The notes below the pieces were generated by a model that made no database searches, was not told the DNA's origin, and saw only the letters and a program-made list of their open reading frames with translations. From Marsupella aquatica (Eukaryota; Plantae; Marchantiophyta), in assembly GCA_973895155.1 (NCBI GenBank), contig OZ316894.1, positions 2,496,457 through 2,560,456 of the forward strand: a stretch of 64,000 nt of DNA, in the 5' to 3' direction. The stretch's first letter is position 1, and each line of letters opens with the position of its first letter. The translations under genes and the position numbers were made by a program. Shown here piece by piece: positions 1-12,830 of the stretch.

Positions 1-125
1 CTGTCCCAACCCAACCCCGACCCGGCCCCGAACACGAACCCAAACTGGGGGACCGGCTCTCTAAATCGGGGAAGTCCGGGGGAGCCCGGGACCAGGCTGG
101 GAAGGGGTTTGGGAGAATTCAGGAC
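1..125. mobile_element. Fragment of a GC-rich, ACCCG/CCCGG-motif-rich MITE-like element (truncated by window start)
   Basis: Dense cccga/cccgg/aaccc motifs; similar composition to 56575-56797. Family assignment is inference. Confidence 0.3.
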
Positions 126-140
126 CAGCCGAGGAATAAA

Positions 141-218
141 GAGGAATATGCATCATCTGGCCTCTTTTGGAGCCGTATAAAGAGGAATATGCATCATCTG
201 GCCCCTTTTGGAGCCGTA
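141..218. repeat. Tandem duplication, 2 x ~41 bp
   Basis: gaggaatatgcatcatctggcc(t/c)cttttggagccgta occurs twice back to back. Confidence 0.85.
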
Positions 219-1061
219 ATGTGACAAGTTGACATGTCAGGAAACACATAAACTTGCCCGTCAGCTCTAACCGGGAAGATGTGTCTTGTTGGGTGCTTGG
301 AATCAAGATATTTTTTAAAGATATTTGGAATTGCCCTCTTTTCATATCTTCAAAGATTAAATCTGGACCGTATAATGAGTAAAAAGGGCTGCAGCAGTTG
401 AATTACAAGGACTCTGACCCCATTCAGGCATGGTGTCTGCCAATCCTACATGGCAACCATTTGGTCCAAGTAAATGCTGATGTGGACTAACAAGGATAAC
501 AGCACCACTGTCCCCAAAGCAAAACCTGGTGGATCCAGGTTACTAAAATAAACCAAATATGTGATCAAAATAGTAAAAAAAGTGCTCTATTTTGTCCTCC
601 CCAGACCTGGTGGACACTGGTGATTTAAAGGCCTAAGACATTTTATTTTTATTAATATTCATGTTGAGTCATAAAAATCTTGACTATGCATTCTCAAGAA
701 ACGGAGCAAAATCAATAAGGGCATTAAGTTTTAAAATTCCATGCAAGTTGAAGAACATCATCCCAACAAAAACCCTAAACCTATCTGAGGTTATGGCCAG
801 TAAAGTAGTCACAACCTGCGAGACGAGAATACTTACTTGTTTTTTTAGCAGATCAGAAAAGCACTCCATTAAAATTATTGTCATGAGAGTTGTCATATTG
901 TGTGAGGCAAAGTGCACGCAGGTCTTGTGTATGGCCCCTCCCGCTATTTGCTCCCTCGCTTTCCTGCCAACAATGGAAGAGTAGACAATTTTTATTTCAG
1001 CACAGTAGACTGCCACCAAACAGAGGTGGTGACAGTCCCCAGCCCGGGGCCCGGCAGCGAG

Positions 1062-4000
1062 ATGGTGCTGCAACTGAGCAACGGGTTGCCGCAGCTGGGA
1101 GATGGCAGTCTAGTCCACACCTTAGGAGCAAAGTCTGTTGATGGCCATGGATTTTTAAGTACCCGAAATTGTGTAAAGGTGACTTTGGGATCTGGTAGAA
1201 GCGGAGCAAATGGCGCAGCGCAGATGAGGTGGGTGGATTTTGGAGGTGTGCAATTCAATGGCAGGCGTCAGCTTCAGCAGCAGAGAAATTACCAAGTTGT
1301 TTCGAGTTCCTTGAGGAATGAGGGCGGTGGGGAAGAAGAGCAGCAGTCCTCGGCCAGGCGTTCAGTGCACTTCATTGGCATTGGTGGGTCAGGGCTTTCT
1401 GCTCTGGCATTTTTGGCTCTGAATCAGGTCTGTTGCACGTCTCTCGTTCTTTAGCCAGCTTAAAAAATCATGCTCCGTTCGAATTGCCAATTTTAAGCTT
1501 CTAGAGCAATTCAGCAAAATTGTCCTTCTCCCCATTGCTCCGTCTCCTAATTTGGAACTCACGACATCCCAGTGTTCCGCCATCGTTCTGTTAACTTACA
1601 TTTTGTGGTACTTTGGCGATTGCATTGTTGTCAGAATATGGAATAAAAGGAATGTGTCGTTTTAGCTGCAGTCCAGGCCATATGCTCGGGCGAAAAGAGA
1701 AGGAGTGTGGTTTTGCCCCTACAATCTACACTTTTGGAGCCTGGCCATGGCAGGTCCTGAATCACTCGGCCAATTTCGTCGTATTTAAAAAAAAGGAAAA
1801 GTAAATGCATTCTGTTATTCGACTCATGAAACTACAAACAAGGAGCTCCATTCAAAGGCTTTCAGGACGTTTCGGTTTAGTGCAGAAAGTTAGGGCAAAT
1901 CATTCTTCAATTGGAACTGGAATGTCAGGAATCAAATATTACAAGAATCCTGCTTCCCTGCGAACTCCGGACATTGTATATAATCTGAACCCAGAATCAA
2001 TTCAGTATGTACAATTTGCCCGTTCATTTTCGCCTTGTTAACATACACAGGGGCTTGATTCTGAATCCTAGGTTGTAATTTGATCCGTTATTTTTGGATC
2101 CCTAACCCCGTACAGTGAAAGCTTCCCTTTGAGGGCGTTCCAGTTCACAAGTGGACAATTTTACTATGCAGTTCCAGTTGCTTATTGCTATCAACTGCAG
2201 CAATTTATGCAGGGATAGTGCAGAAGTGACCTTCTCACTGTAATGAGGGGAACAACTTGTACCGTCGGGTGCATATATCTTTTTAATAAGCTAGTCTAAT
2301 TAACTTAGTCTTAGACATGTCTGACCCTCTTGAGCTGGTGAAGGCAGTGTACGTACTGCAACTCTAGATATGAATCCCTAACTCCTGTGTTGTATTCGTA
2401 GTAGCTCTTGGATGACGTTACTGCGAACTATATTAGACTGTGTAACCGAACCCAACCGTGTTGCCCATTCATCTTGAGAACAAAAGATCAATGCCTCCTT
2501 TGTACTAGGTTCCCCAGCGATCTGAAAGAATTCTCCAGCCTTGTTTTTCCTTATTTAATTGGTATCTGCAGAGTTCATTTCTCTCTATGGCCATCTCTAA
2601 ACTGTTTATAAAGAGTTTATTCTGGCTACCCCTTTCACGCATTGTTCAGCAACAGGAGGATTACGTTTAAGCCTCTGATTGTAGGGTTACATCTGGGCTG
2701 GATGGCAGGGTTGGCAGGTTAGTGGTTCAGATGCCACTGCCAACGATCGAACGAAGGCATTAGAAGCGGCAGGAGCAACGGTTTACATAGGACATGCTCC
2801 AACCCATCTGACTAGCCCGAACGGTGAGCCTGATGCAGTCGTTGTGTCGAGTGCGATTCCCAAAGACAATGAGGAAGTAGAAGCTGCCCAAAAGGCAGGT
2901 CTCCCCGTGTAAGTCATCGCCTCAACAACAGCTCCACGTGATTCAAGTGGTATCTAGAGGTTTTCGTCTAATGTACCTAATTTTAACTTAATTTTTTGAA
3001 AATTTTACTACTTCATTTAAAATTGTTTTTATACACCTCTGGCCTGCAGAATTTTTTCCTTTGAAGCTGAATTGCGTTTCCTATCTGCGCAGATACAAAA
3101 GGGCGGACTGGCTTGGAAAGATCACAGAAGGCTATGACTTACTTGCAATTGCTGGTTCACACGGTAAGCATATACATTTTGCGATATCGTCTGGAAATCT
3201 TCTGGCTTTACCAGAAGAATCGTACGGTAGATACTGCAAAATGAATGATAGCGGCTGTTAAAGTACTTGGTTCTCTTCATGGTTGGTTTGGGTTGGATGG
3301 GGACTGAAATATCCAATGAATGTATGTCTTAGGAAAGAGCACTACTGCAGCAATGTTGGCTACTATCCTGCTTAAGTTGGGAGATGATGTTACTGCAGTT
3401 GTTGGTGCGGAAGTTCCACAGGTACTTTCACTTTTTCAGAGGGGTAGGAAAGGAAGTTTTATGACATGAAACAATACAGATCTTCAAGAAATGTGGAATT
3501 ATGGTTACAGGCCGAACATAGAAGGAGACATGACACAGAGGTTCTCGTTAGTAGGATCTATTCCACGTTCTCGTATCATCATGGGATTGGTGCATCGTAT
3601 CTTCATATGTCTTTCTCAATGTTCAATATCTGAAATTCTGCATTTTGCTGGAGTCTATTTGATTATAATTGTTACCAAATTACTGCAGTTCCCAGGAGGT
3701 CGAAATGCCATCTGTGGGCAAGGACGAAATTTTGTTCTAGAGGTACCTTTATGTCCAAACACCCAAGGCAAGTTGTTAGTCTACTATGTTCTGGTGAAAT
3801 GAAAAATGGGTTGGGGTGCGCAGCATATTTGGTGTTTCATTTAAATAGCTGGAGTACTTCTTTATTGGGCCTCCCGTCAATGAAGGTTGTTTGATGGTTG
3901 AAAGACGAAGATGCTCCTAAAGAGATGAGACCTTATATCAGTGCCAAGAGCTTTTAGTGATTAGAAATACTTGTACTACGATCTCTTTGGCTAATTTCAT

Positions 4001-7000
4001 TCCAGAACATTATTTCTGAGAAAGTTCCATTTGGCATGGTACAGAACGAGAGTAGTCTTGCCCCTCATGACTTTCTTTATTCAACATCTTTTCCCTCTTA
4101 TTAGGAGTGTAGACACTCGCAAGTCTTCTCTACGCATAACTGGAGTATGTGAGAAAATAGCTAATTTGTTTTACAGGAGTATCGTGCAGGCAGATGAATA
4201 TGATGGTTGCTTCCTTGGAGTTACACCTGCTCTTGCAATCGTCACAAATGTTGAATGGGAACACGTGGACATATTTCCTGACGAGGTGAGTTATGTTTCT
4301 TAAGCACATCTTGAAGTGACTGGAGAAATACTGCTTCTAGATGTGATCTAGGTGGTTACTATTCACGTACCACAACATTTCCGTTGCTGATTTGCTTTCG
4401 TTCTGTATAAGCACGCCCACTGAACTAGTCAAATCTATTTACAACTGCAGGCTTCGGTGAGAGAGATCTTCAAGAAGTTTGTGCTAAGAATAAGGCCGGG
4501 TGGTACCCTTCTTTTGTGTGGTGATGGGTACGTGTTTTGGTTAGGCACTGATCTCGCATTCAGAAGAAATTGCCCGATTGATCGCTGTTTGGATGAACTC
4601 CTGCTTGTCCCATGCATTGCAAGCCCTCGAGGATTTCACCTGCCGATTGAAAGCTATCTGGTCCATGTGTTGATGGAGGCCTGCCCTGATTATGTGGTAT
4701 GGATCTCGCAGGGCTGGCTCTAAGCTGCAAGGTACGGTTTTCAAAGAGGGGTTGCATCAAGTAGTCACATATGGCCTCGACAAAGGAAATGACTGGCAGG
4801 CTATGATGCTTAATCCAAATGTTCAGGGTGGGACTGATTATGTTGCAGTAAGCTGTCAATGGCCCGTCCATTGCTCTCGTTTCGCTAAGGGGAAAAGCAT
4901 TGCAATCCTTAGTTAAACCGATCTATGTCTGCGTTCCCATCCGCCCCCTCCTCCACTCCCCTCCCCCCACACCCCACACCCCACCCCCATCTCTTTTTTT
5001 TCCCCCCCGAAGCAGAAAAGTAAGTCATTTCTTTTCATTAGCTCAAGGCTGTTTGTTGCAGACAAGACATGGTCTCGATAATCTCTCTGTGTAAAGAACC
5101 AATGGCGTGCTTGTCCACTTCGTTACCTTACGAGGTTGAAAACAGAAATCTTTTGAAAGGTTGAGTGCTGCCTGCTGTGTTACCTCGTGCTGACACGTAA
5201 AGAAGTGGAAGATTTATGTAATTTTGCATTAGTCTCCCGTGGCCTGTTACTTGTGTTTACCATTATATATGGCGAAATCTTGTTCATGAAGGGTACTTCT
5301 TGTAAATTTCTGGGATTCTTCCAACGCTGGGCCTGAATCTCCAATCGTCTATGTTCATGTCCAGGTGTATGCCGGGATACCCATGGCCAGAGTGAGCCTT
5401 CAGATACCAGGAACTTATAATGTTCTCAACTCTCTAGCTGTATGCCCTTCTACATCTCCTTTTTTTCTGTAGCTCTCCAAACAACAGATGACTTCTTTCA
5501 TGCACATGTTTTCAATAAGAAAAAGCAAATGTTTGAAAGGAGATTGTAGGAGAACCCTTGTCTGCCTGAAGGCTGATCAATCATAGCTGGAATTCAGGTT
5601 TCCCTTGCAAATTTTCCATTTGGTTTGCCTCCTCGGACTAGCTGTATAATATAGGATGACCGCGATGGACTGGGCAGGCCCTTGTTGCTGCATCGTTAGT
5701 TGGATCACAGGAAGAGATTGGAGGTGACGTGGGAGATCGAGTGATGGCAGTGAAGAGAGTCGCAGAAGCAGCAAGCAGAGTTCTAGCTCAATTTGTGGGG
5801 GTTCGGAGACGATTTGAATTTGTGGGAAAGGTCAAGGGGTGTGTTATCATTGATGATTATGCACATCACCCAACAGCGGTGCGGGCAGTTCTTCAAGCCG
5901 CTCGCCAAAGATTTGATGGATATTCTATATGGGTTGTATTTCAACCACACACGTATAGGTATGTATGAGTTTGTATTCCTCTATACAGATTGATGTCTTC
6001 AAGTTCTGAAATTCCACATGACAATATTTTGCTGTAGCGAATATAAAATGGTGGTTTTGTGCAGCCGTCTGGTGAGCTTATTACATGACTTTGCTCCCGC
6101 CTTCAGTGCTGCAGACAGAGTTATTGTCACCGAGGTACTCATGACAAACTTTACGTTAACTTCCATCTCCCTTCTTTCCCTTCATTTTGAGCTTGTAGTG
6201 ATAGAGAATATCTGCAAACTTTATCAGCTTTTGTCTTGATGACTATCGTTCAAATCAATCTGTCGTATAAAGATGTAGTATCGTAATTGATTGACAGGTC
6301 TATTCTGCTCGAGAAGAGAACATCTGGAGTGTAAGTGGTGCAGAACTGGCAGCATCAATAACTGGTCCTCCTGCGATTTTCATTTCTAGTTTGGTGAGTT
6401 TGGTGGTTGCATTATAATTCCTCTCATATGCAGGGAAGACTTGTGCTCGAAGCTGAAATGGTATGCAATGTCAATTGATCCAGCACAGAAAAAACAGATT
6501 AGGTGGATAGTTCTTATTTTCTTACAACTTCAAGTAGGATGTACTAGAGGTCTATCTCTCGTTTGCAGATTTATTTGATGTTCCTCGATCCATAGCAATG
6601 TATGGCCAAGTAAATAAAGTCCGACGGCTATCACTCTACATTTTCCACGTATTTATGCATTGCGTACTTCAGGACGATGTTGTGGAGCGGCTCTCATGGG
6701 AGCTAACGGTGTACGAAACTATGAAGACCCAGACGCAAGAGAGAGTGGTCCTTCTGACCCTCGGTGCAGGTACGGGACTCAAGAAGCAGATTTGTGAAAA
6801 ATTTCTGATTTTTGGCGCTTAAGGAGAACATAGATTATCTACCAAATAAGATCAAGCAATTGAAGAAAGCTGAATGATAGGTGGAGTGTGAGTAATATAA
6901 AGAACAAATATAGTGGGGGCGTGCTACATGAACCTGTAACTGACAGATTGTTTGGATATTTATTCTACTGTAGGTGACATAACAAATGTAGGCTCTCAAT

Positions 7001-7032
7001 TGCTCAGAGCATTTCAAGCAACTCCAAGGTGA
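1062..7032 (+). CDS. murC: Plastid-targeted UDP-N-acetylmuramate--L-alanine ligase (MurC), 14 exons, ~588 aa
   Basis: Exons 1062-1427, 2709-2908, 3093-3163, 3333-3421, 3689-3742, 4190-4285, 4451-4527, 4712-4847, 5365-5439, 5678-5958, 6065-6134, 6298-6393, 6673-6769 and 6974-7032 all have GT-AG boundaries and consistent phases. MurC motifs: [36 protein letters not shown] (P-loop), [46 protein letters not shown] ~95 aa N-terminal extension resembles a transit peptide. Confidence 0.95.
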
Positions 7033-8427
7033 CTGACCGGCGTACAATCTTGACTGTCACATTAAAAGATTGATGGGCAGGTGTATGCCATTACATGTCC
7101 CCTATTGAAGGTAATAAATCATTCGCCTACGGTAATTTATCTCAAGGGAAGAAATAGTCCTCTAGACTAAATGAAGAGGGATGATAATTTCCTGTTTGTG
7201 TAACAGAGCGAAGTATATTTCTAAGTTCAGTTGTAGGTGTATTATATGTTGATATTCTAGAAAGATTGAAACCATTGGACACTGGATCAAACAAGAGAAA
7301 ATACCTTACGAGCTGTCCATCATCCCCAACTTACAACCAGGAACCCAGTCAATCCTCCCAGTCTACAGAAAAAGGAACTAAGTAGAGACATAAGGTTGTT
7401 GAGACTTTATACAAAATTAGAGAAATTAGAATGACGTCTCCCATTAGATCTGACTAGAATCTGGACAGGAAAGGTTGGCAAGGGCCAGTAAGAGGCTGGG
7501 CCTTTCACAAAAGGGAGCTGCATGTCACAATATCAAAAAACAGTCTTTGAAAAGTGAAAAATATCAAAGAAACTATTTCAGAAATTGTGGGTAACTTATT
7601 GATCTGGGAAGGACAAGGGAGGGGCAAGATTTCCTGAAAAGTTACCGTGGTAAACTATACGGTGGTAGACTATAGGAATTGGAGAGCGACATACGTGAGC
7701 GTGTATTGTCCTCAACATTTTATATTAGCATACTTCACAGAGGGCTCCAGGCTCCTTGGCTATGAGGGTAGCGTTTTCCCAGAGACATCCTGGACTGCCC
7801 TTTGCTCCTAAAAGTGAGAACTTAGTTTACTGTTGAAAAAAAATGGTCACCTCACTTAAATATTTATTAGTGTGTTCAATAGATTCTTGCCATTCATGTA
7901 GTATATGATTTATTTATGTGTTTATTAAATATATACATTTTTGTGATATTTTGGAAATGAAAAGTTCAGGTATTACCTAAATAGATGTTCAGGTATACTA
8001 AGATATGTATTCTTGGCACCCCACTGACGCACCCCATTTGGGGGGGGGGGGGGGGGCGGCCGCGTCATGGGAGATCCTGTGCACAAAATGAAGTTCAAAT
8101 AGGAAAACTTCAATCATTGGAAGCTTCTCATCATAGAACAGAGCATCCATTGTGAACATGGCATTTAAGTCAAGTCCTAACCTGGCTATTTATTTAATTG
8201 TGTAATGCACTTTCCTCATTGTGGTGGGAATCAGTGCTGTACTTGTCCTAAGTTGATTTTTCATTGAATTGAAAAGAATGAACTTCTCTTCATATTAGAT
8301 CTACACTAAGTTAATGTTCCCCCATTTTTGTGGGGCCCTGCACACTGCCCGTCTTAGTCCCCAAGTTGCTGCCCGCTCCGGCCTGAGATTGCTAGAAGAT
8401 GGCCAAGACTTCCATTTTGTCACCTGA

Positions 8428-8674
8428 TCCTTGGAGTTGCACCTGCTCTTGCAATTGTCACAAATGTTGAATGGGAAGAACACATGGACATATGTCTTGA
8501 CGAAGTGTGCTATTTCCCAAGAACAACATCTTGAAGTGGACTGAAGAAATACTGCTTTTGGATGTGATATACTGTAGGTGGTTACTACTCACATACCACA
8601 ACATTTTTGTTGCTAGTCTGATTTGCTTTCGTCCTTTATGAGCACACCCACTGAACTAGTCAAATCTATTTACA
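8428..8674 (+). pseudogene. Duplicated murC fragment (3' part of exon 6 plus nearly all of intron 6)
   Basis: Colinear diverged copy of 4212-4443 (ccttggagtt..cctgctcttgcaat.gtcacaaatgttgaatggga ... cccactgaactagtcaaatctatttaca). Confidence 0.9.
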
Positions 8675-8903
8675 CAATGCTAGGATTCTGTCAAATTTCA
8701 GGCCTCAATATTGCAAATGAATTTTCCACCTCCTACTTTCCATCTATTGCACTGGTGACTTGGGCTTCACCGGAAAACATATTCTTAATTAGTATCGTTG
8801 TGGACATAAGTTTTTGTGACTATGTCAAATCTCTATTTTTGCCTTTGCTCCCGGCCCCTCTGTTTTTTGCTCATTTTTTGGCTGTTTCAATTTGTAACTC
8901 TAG

Positions 8904-9068
8904 TTACGGACCCCACTAGAGGTCCCTTCCAAGATTCCTGACTCCACAGCACGCCACATCATCATGGCGTGCTGCAAATAGGAACAGATTGGTTTCCACA
9001 ATGAAATTATGCCAATATTCGTGTTTGCGGCAAGATTTTGGTAAAATTGAGGACGCCATGCCGTAAAC
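8904..9068 (+). mobile_element. Dispersed repeat, copy 1 (terminus of a probable non-autonomous DNA transposon)
   Basis: Begins ttacggaccccactagaggtcc, the same start as 45653 (+) and similar to 20323 (-). Confidence 0.6.
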
Positions 9069-9539
9069 CTTGATGTAAAAAGTTATCAAAAATAACTGTT
9101 TTATTTACCCTGAGTAGGTTTTCAACTCAGTTTTATTTACCCTGCTTAACCAACTGCCCACCCTTTTAATTCAATTGTAATTAAAGTAGTGAAGCAACAC
9201 TTTAATTACAATGGCAGTTAAGAATCCTGAGCATGGCAGTTAAGAATCCTGTTTCTGCAACGCTAGAAGGTCATTTCTGTCTAGCACTCCTCTAGCAATC
9301 TGTCTTCCGGCATTGTCGTTTCCTCGTGTCGTGCTCATGGACAGAAGAATTATATGACGAACAGATTTAGCTTGTGAAGTAGGCAATTACTGAGCAGGAA
9401 ATACCAAACATTGCTCCACAACTTGATGCAGCTTAGTGAGCATTGCCCTACTTTTCTTGGAGTGGAGATCCGAATCGGTAACAAGCGAAAGAACATAACA
9501 ATTTCATAAGGACGAAACGAGCACACGGACTGCACCATC

Positions 9540-10000
9540 GCTCTTGTGGGTTCTTACAGATCCAATCTATTACACAGGCTCGTATTTCAGGAATTCATAA
9601 AGGAGGCAGCTTGAAATCAAAGAGCAATCTGCATGTAGGACTTCAAATTGTATCTCCATATCTGGTGTTTGAAAGGGAAGAGCTGACCCAGTGCTCCATT
9701 GCACCAGACAGAGCTCGGCTTGATTTGGAGTAAGAAATACTATCTAGCAATTGATAGACTAGGGCTCTACAAGTTTCTACGAGCACAGTCGATGCCTTTT
9801 CATGATCAAATTGAAAATATTAGAAGTGAAGCTGATTTGAGAGATCACTTGATAAGGACGCGGATCATTATTGGAGCAAACAGAAGCAGCAACTTTGTCA
9901 AACGCATCGACCCTCAAGAGGCGCGTTTGCAAGAGGCTGTGGTAAAAAAGATTGTGTTTAAAGAGACGTTCAGATATGGATAAAAGATTTTGATGAAATC
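9540..10000 (+). pseudogene. Degenerate TE-like coding remnant
   Basis: ORF 9699-9983 with YYLAIDRLGLYKFL. The xxxGLxxF pattern also occurs in the 27.7-28.1 kb ORF. No catalytic motif recognised. Confidence 0.25.
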
Positions 10001-10561
10001 ATCTGGGAGTTCCAGGGTGAGAGGTCAATGTGGTTATTGTGAGGAAGAAGGAACGGAAACTAAGAGATGAGGAACTCGGGGTGGAGGAGTAGGTTTGGCT
10101 GCTGAAAGGCGAAAAAGATTGAAAGGTTCAGGTGACGATTAGAGCTGTTTGGGAGACAGTAGCGGGAATGCATTTGTTGAAGTTCAGGAGAGAAACGGTC
10201 GAATGTGACTTCTGTGATGAGAAGAATTGGATTGAAAACTGATAGATAATGTGAATGGGTCGTAAGGAATCGGTAAGCGGGTCGGTAAGTGTAATGGAGA
10301 AGATAGGGGTCCATGAACTAATTCTATTAAAGGATGCCTAATATTAAAATTCTCAGGAATAGATGTCCATATAGTTGGACAAATAATTTTCATTTTTTTC
10401 TTTTGTTCAAGCTGTTTTTGCATGTCTCTTGACATCAAAATATCTCCCATCATATGACTTATAATTTTCTTCATTCTTTTCACATACATTTTATGTCAAC
10501 ACCTTGCAATGGGGCTTAACTCTCTACTAGAGTTAACTTCACCACTTATGCCCCTTCTTAT

Positions 10562-11810
10562 CGTTGTCCAGGTTGCTAGGACGGGTGAATAGCAGGACAG
10601 GAGGTCTCTTTCTCCTTAACTCTCTCTTTTCTCACTCACACACCCGACTGGGTAATTTTATTTCCACCACTGGAAAGATAACCTCAAAGGGTGGCTATCA
10701 CTCCCTTGCTTTCCCGCTGGAAAACACTCACACAACCCCACTCCCGATCTCAACACGGCAAGTGCCCACCCACAAGTTGTCCCCACAAACTCCCCATGTG
10801 GCTGCCCCTCCAAGAGTTCCCTCCGCTTACTTCACCATGAGCTTCAAGACCAGCACTTCCTATCTCAACAAGGCAAGTGCTTGGTCCCTCCGTCACTCCC
10901 TGGCTTCAAGCCTCACCCCTCTTGGTGTTGAGTCACACCTGAGCTTGCATACACACTCACTGGATTCAATTAACCGTTGGATAGACACTTCAAGATTGAG
11001 GCTTACGCATGAGCCTTTACTGCAAGGAATGGTACAAAATTAGATCACAACCCTTCCCCCTACCCTCTCCTTGTTGTCTACCTAGTGGACTGGTCCCCTG
11101 TCCACATTCTCTAGTGCCTTAAGCCAATGCTGACTCTCCCTAAGTGAGATCTCAGCCCCCAGGCTCTCAGCCTTCAAGAGAATGTGCAAGTGAACAAGTG
11201 AGGAGACAGCCCCCTGGTTCTCCTCTTTATTTCAACACCCAAGGCTCCAAACCAATCCAAGCCAAACCAAACCAGGCCTAAGGTGCTAACTCAGGTCAGT
11301 GGTCACCCTGGAACTTAATCCAAGCGTAACTACTTTCCCGCTAATCCTTAACTCGGGTTAAGTTTTTGTCTTAACCGTAGGTCAACTTAACTACAACCAG
11401 TACTCTGGTTTCCACACAAGACCTGAACAGCGGCCACCTCTCGGTGAGACGAGAAACCAGGGTACCCCCTTGGTAACTCTTACAACTAACTGAGTTGTAA
11501 ACTGACTGGAACACAATGTTTCTCACGGTAACAACTTCAAGCTCGGCCTACACCTGAGGATTAATACGTCAGTGAGTTCTAGGTTACCACTGAGTCTCGG
11601 GTTTTGCCGCTGAGACTCGGGTAAGGTAAGCTTTTACACAGTTGTAAACTTACCCGACTAGGACAACTACCGCTTGAGTTGGTTCCAACTAGAATGCTGG
11701 CACTAGCAGTTATTCTATGGCTACTGTGCGAGTGCAGGGCCGAGCTATCTAACAACAACTCATCGTATACCAGCACCCATCAAGTGTTGGGCTTCATAAT
11801 AGTCCAACAA
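10562..11810. mobile_element. Putative solo LTR (~1.25 kb)
   Basis: Termini (c/t)gttg...ccaaca(a) are flanked on both sides by ctta(t), a possible target-site duplication. Sequence is non-coding and LTR-like. The termini are imperfect. Confidence 0.4.
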
Positions 11811-12049
11811 CTTATTACAAATATATAGTGGTTTTCCAGCCTTCATGAAAACTCCTTAGCATATCCTATTGGGATAAAAAAAAATGGTCTCTCGGGCCTT
11901 CATGAAGTCGAGGCACCCCTGCTGGGCCCTCCTCTGGTCTCCCTGGTCCCCTAATGGCCTCGAACCGGCTCCAAAAGTCCCTCAAACCCGGTTGCAGGAT
12001 GTCATTTTAGTTTAATTAGAGTTGCTGTGAGCTATTCAAACGAACAGCT

Positions 12050-12124
12050 TAGAAAGCTCTATTGGTATCCCAACTGAAATCCCTAGCAACCAACAGGTCT
12101 CGGGTTCAAAACTCGCCGCCACCA
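12050..12124 (+). other. Degenerate tRNA-like segment (SINE head or TE-embedded tRNA relic)
   Basis: A-box-like agctctattggta, B-box/T-arm-like ggtctcgggttcaaaactcg, ends in gccacca. No convincing anticodon arm. Confidence 0.35.
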
Positions 12125-12199
12125 AACTCACCAGGTAAGTTTTTCCTAAGCCCTACTCGTGTTTTTTTTCTTTTCCTTCCCAGAGCTTCAATAAGCGGC

Positions 12200-12830
12200 C
12201 ACGAGCATGCTTTATAGTTGCGAGCTCCACAGCCAGGAGCACGATTGAAGCGGCGAGGAACTCCCTCCCCATAGCAGCGAACTCCATAGCCAGGATTTCA
12301 GCCCCTCAACAATCCCCATAGCCAGCAGCGCCTCCCCTAGTGAACAACTACTTAGTGAACATCACTCAGCAGCAAGCTCCATTGAATACACAATCAACAG
12401 CACAGAGCTCATCTTCAGCAGTCCAAAGCTGCTTACTACCACAGCAGTAAAACTCCAAGCTCTCAGCTTCGATCAGCCAACTCATAGCAACAAGCAATTA
12501 AACACGAACTCCTTTGGCACTTCGAACTTAATTTGAACATTGAGCCATCTTCGGTAACATCGTAGCAGCACTTGGCAATAGCGAGCTCCAAAGTGGCACC
12601 AAGCTCTCAACATCGAGTAGCAAGATCAAGCTCTTCTTTCATCAACGCAACACCTAGTTAGCAGCAAGCTCTATTCAATAATGCTCAGTACTACGCTCAT
12701 CTCCAACAGTTCGAAGCTACTCACTAATCCCAGCAGCAAAAGCTCTTTGGTAGAGTAATCAGCCATTCAATTCAATTGCAAAATGGCAGCACTGCAGCAG
12801 CGAGGCTCAATTGAACGGCAGTATTGAATC
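12200..12830. repeat. Degenerate agcagc/agctc-rich minisatellite-like TE region
   Basis: Recurrent agcagc...agctcc/agctct motifs. Confidence 0.4.

Noticed and set aside
912-7032. Bacterial contaminant or recent HGT murC; start at 912
   Set aside because: Thirteen spliceosomal introns and a transit-peptide-like leader mark a resident plant gene. Position 912 is a GTG; the first in-frame ATG is 1062.
8040-8056. Poly-G run (and poly-C at ~46686-46706) as a functional G-quadruplex
   Set aside because: Simple homopolymers with no supporting context.
12050-12124. Functional tRNA gene
   Set aside because: Acceptor and anticodon stems do not pair convincingly.
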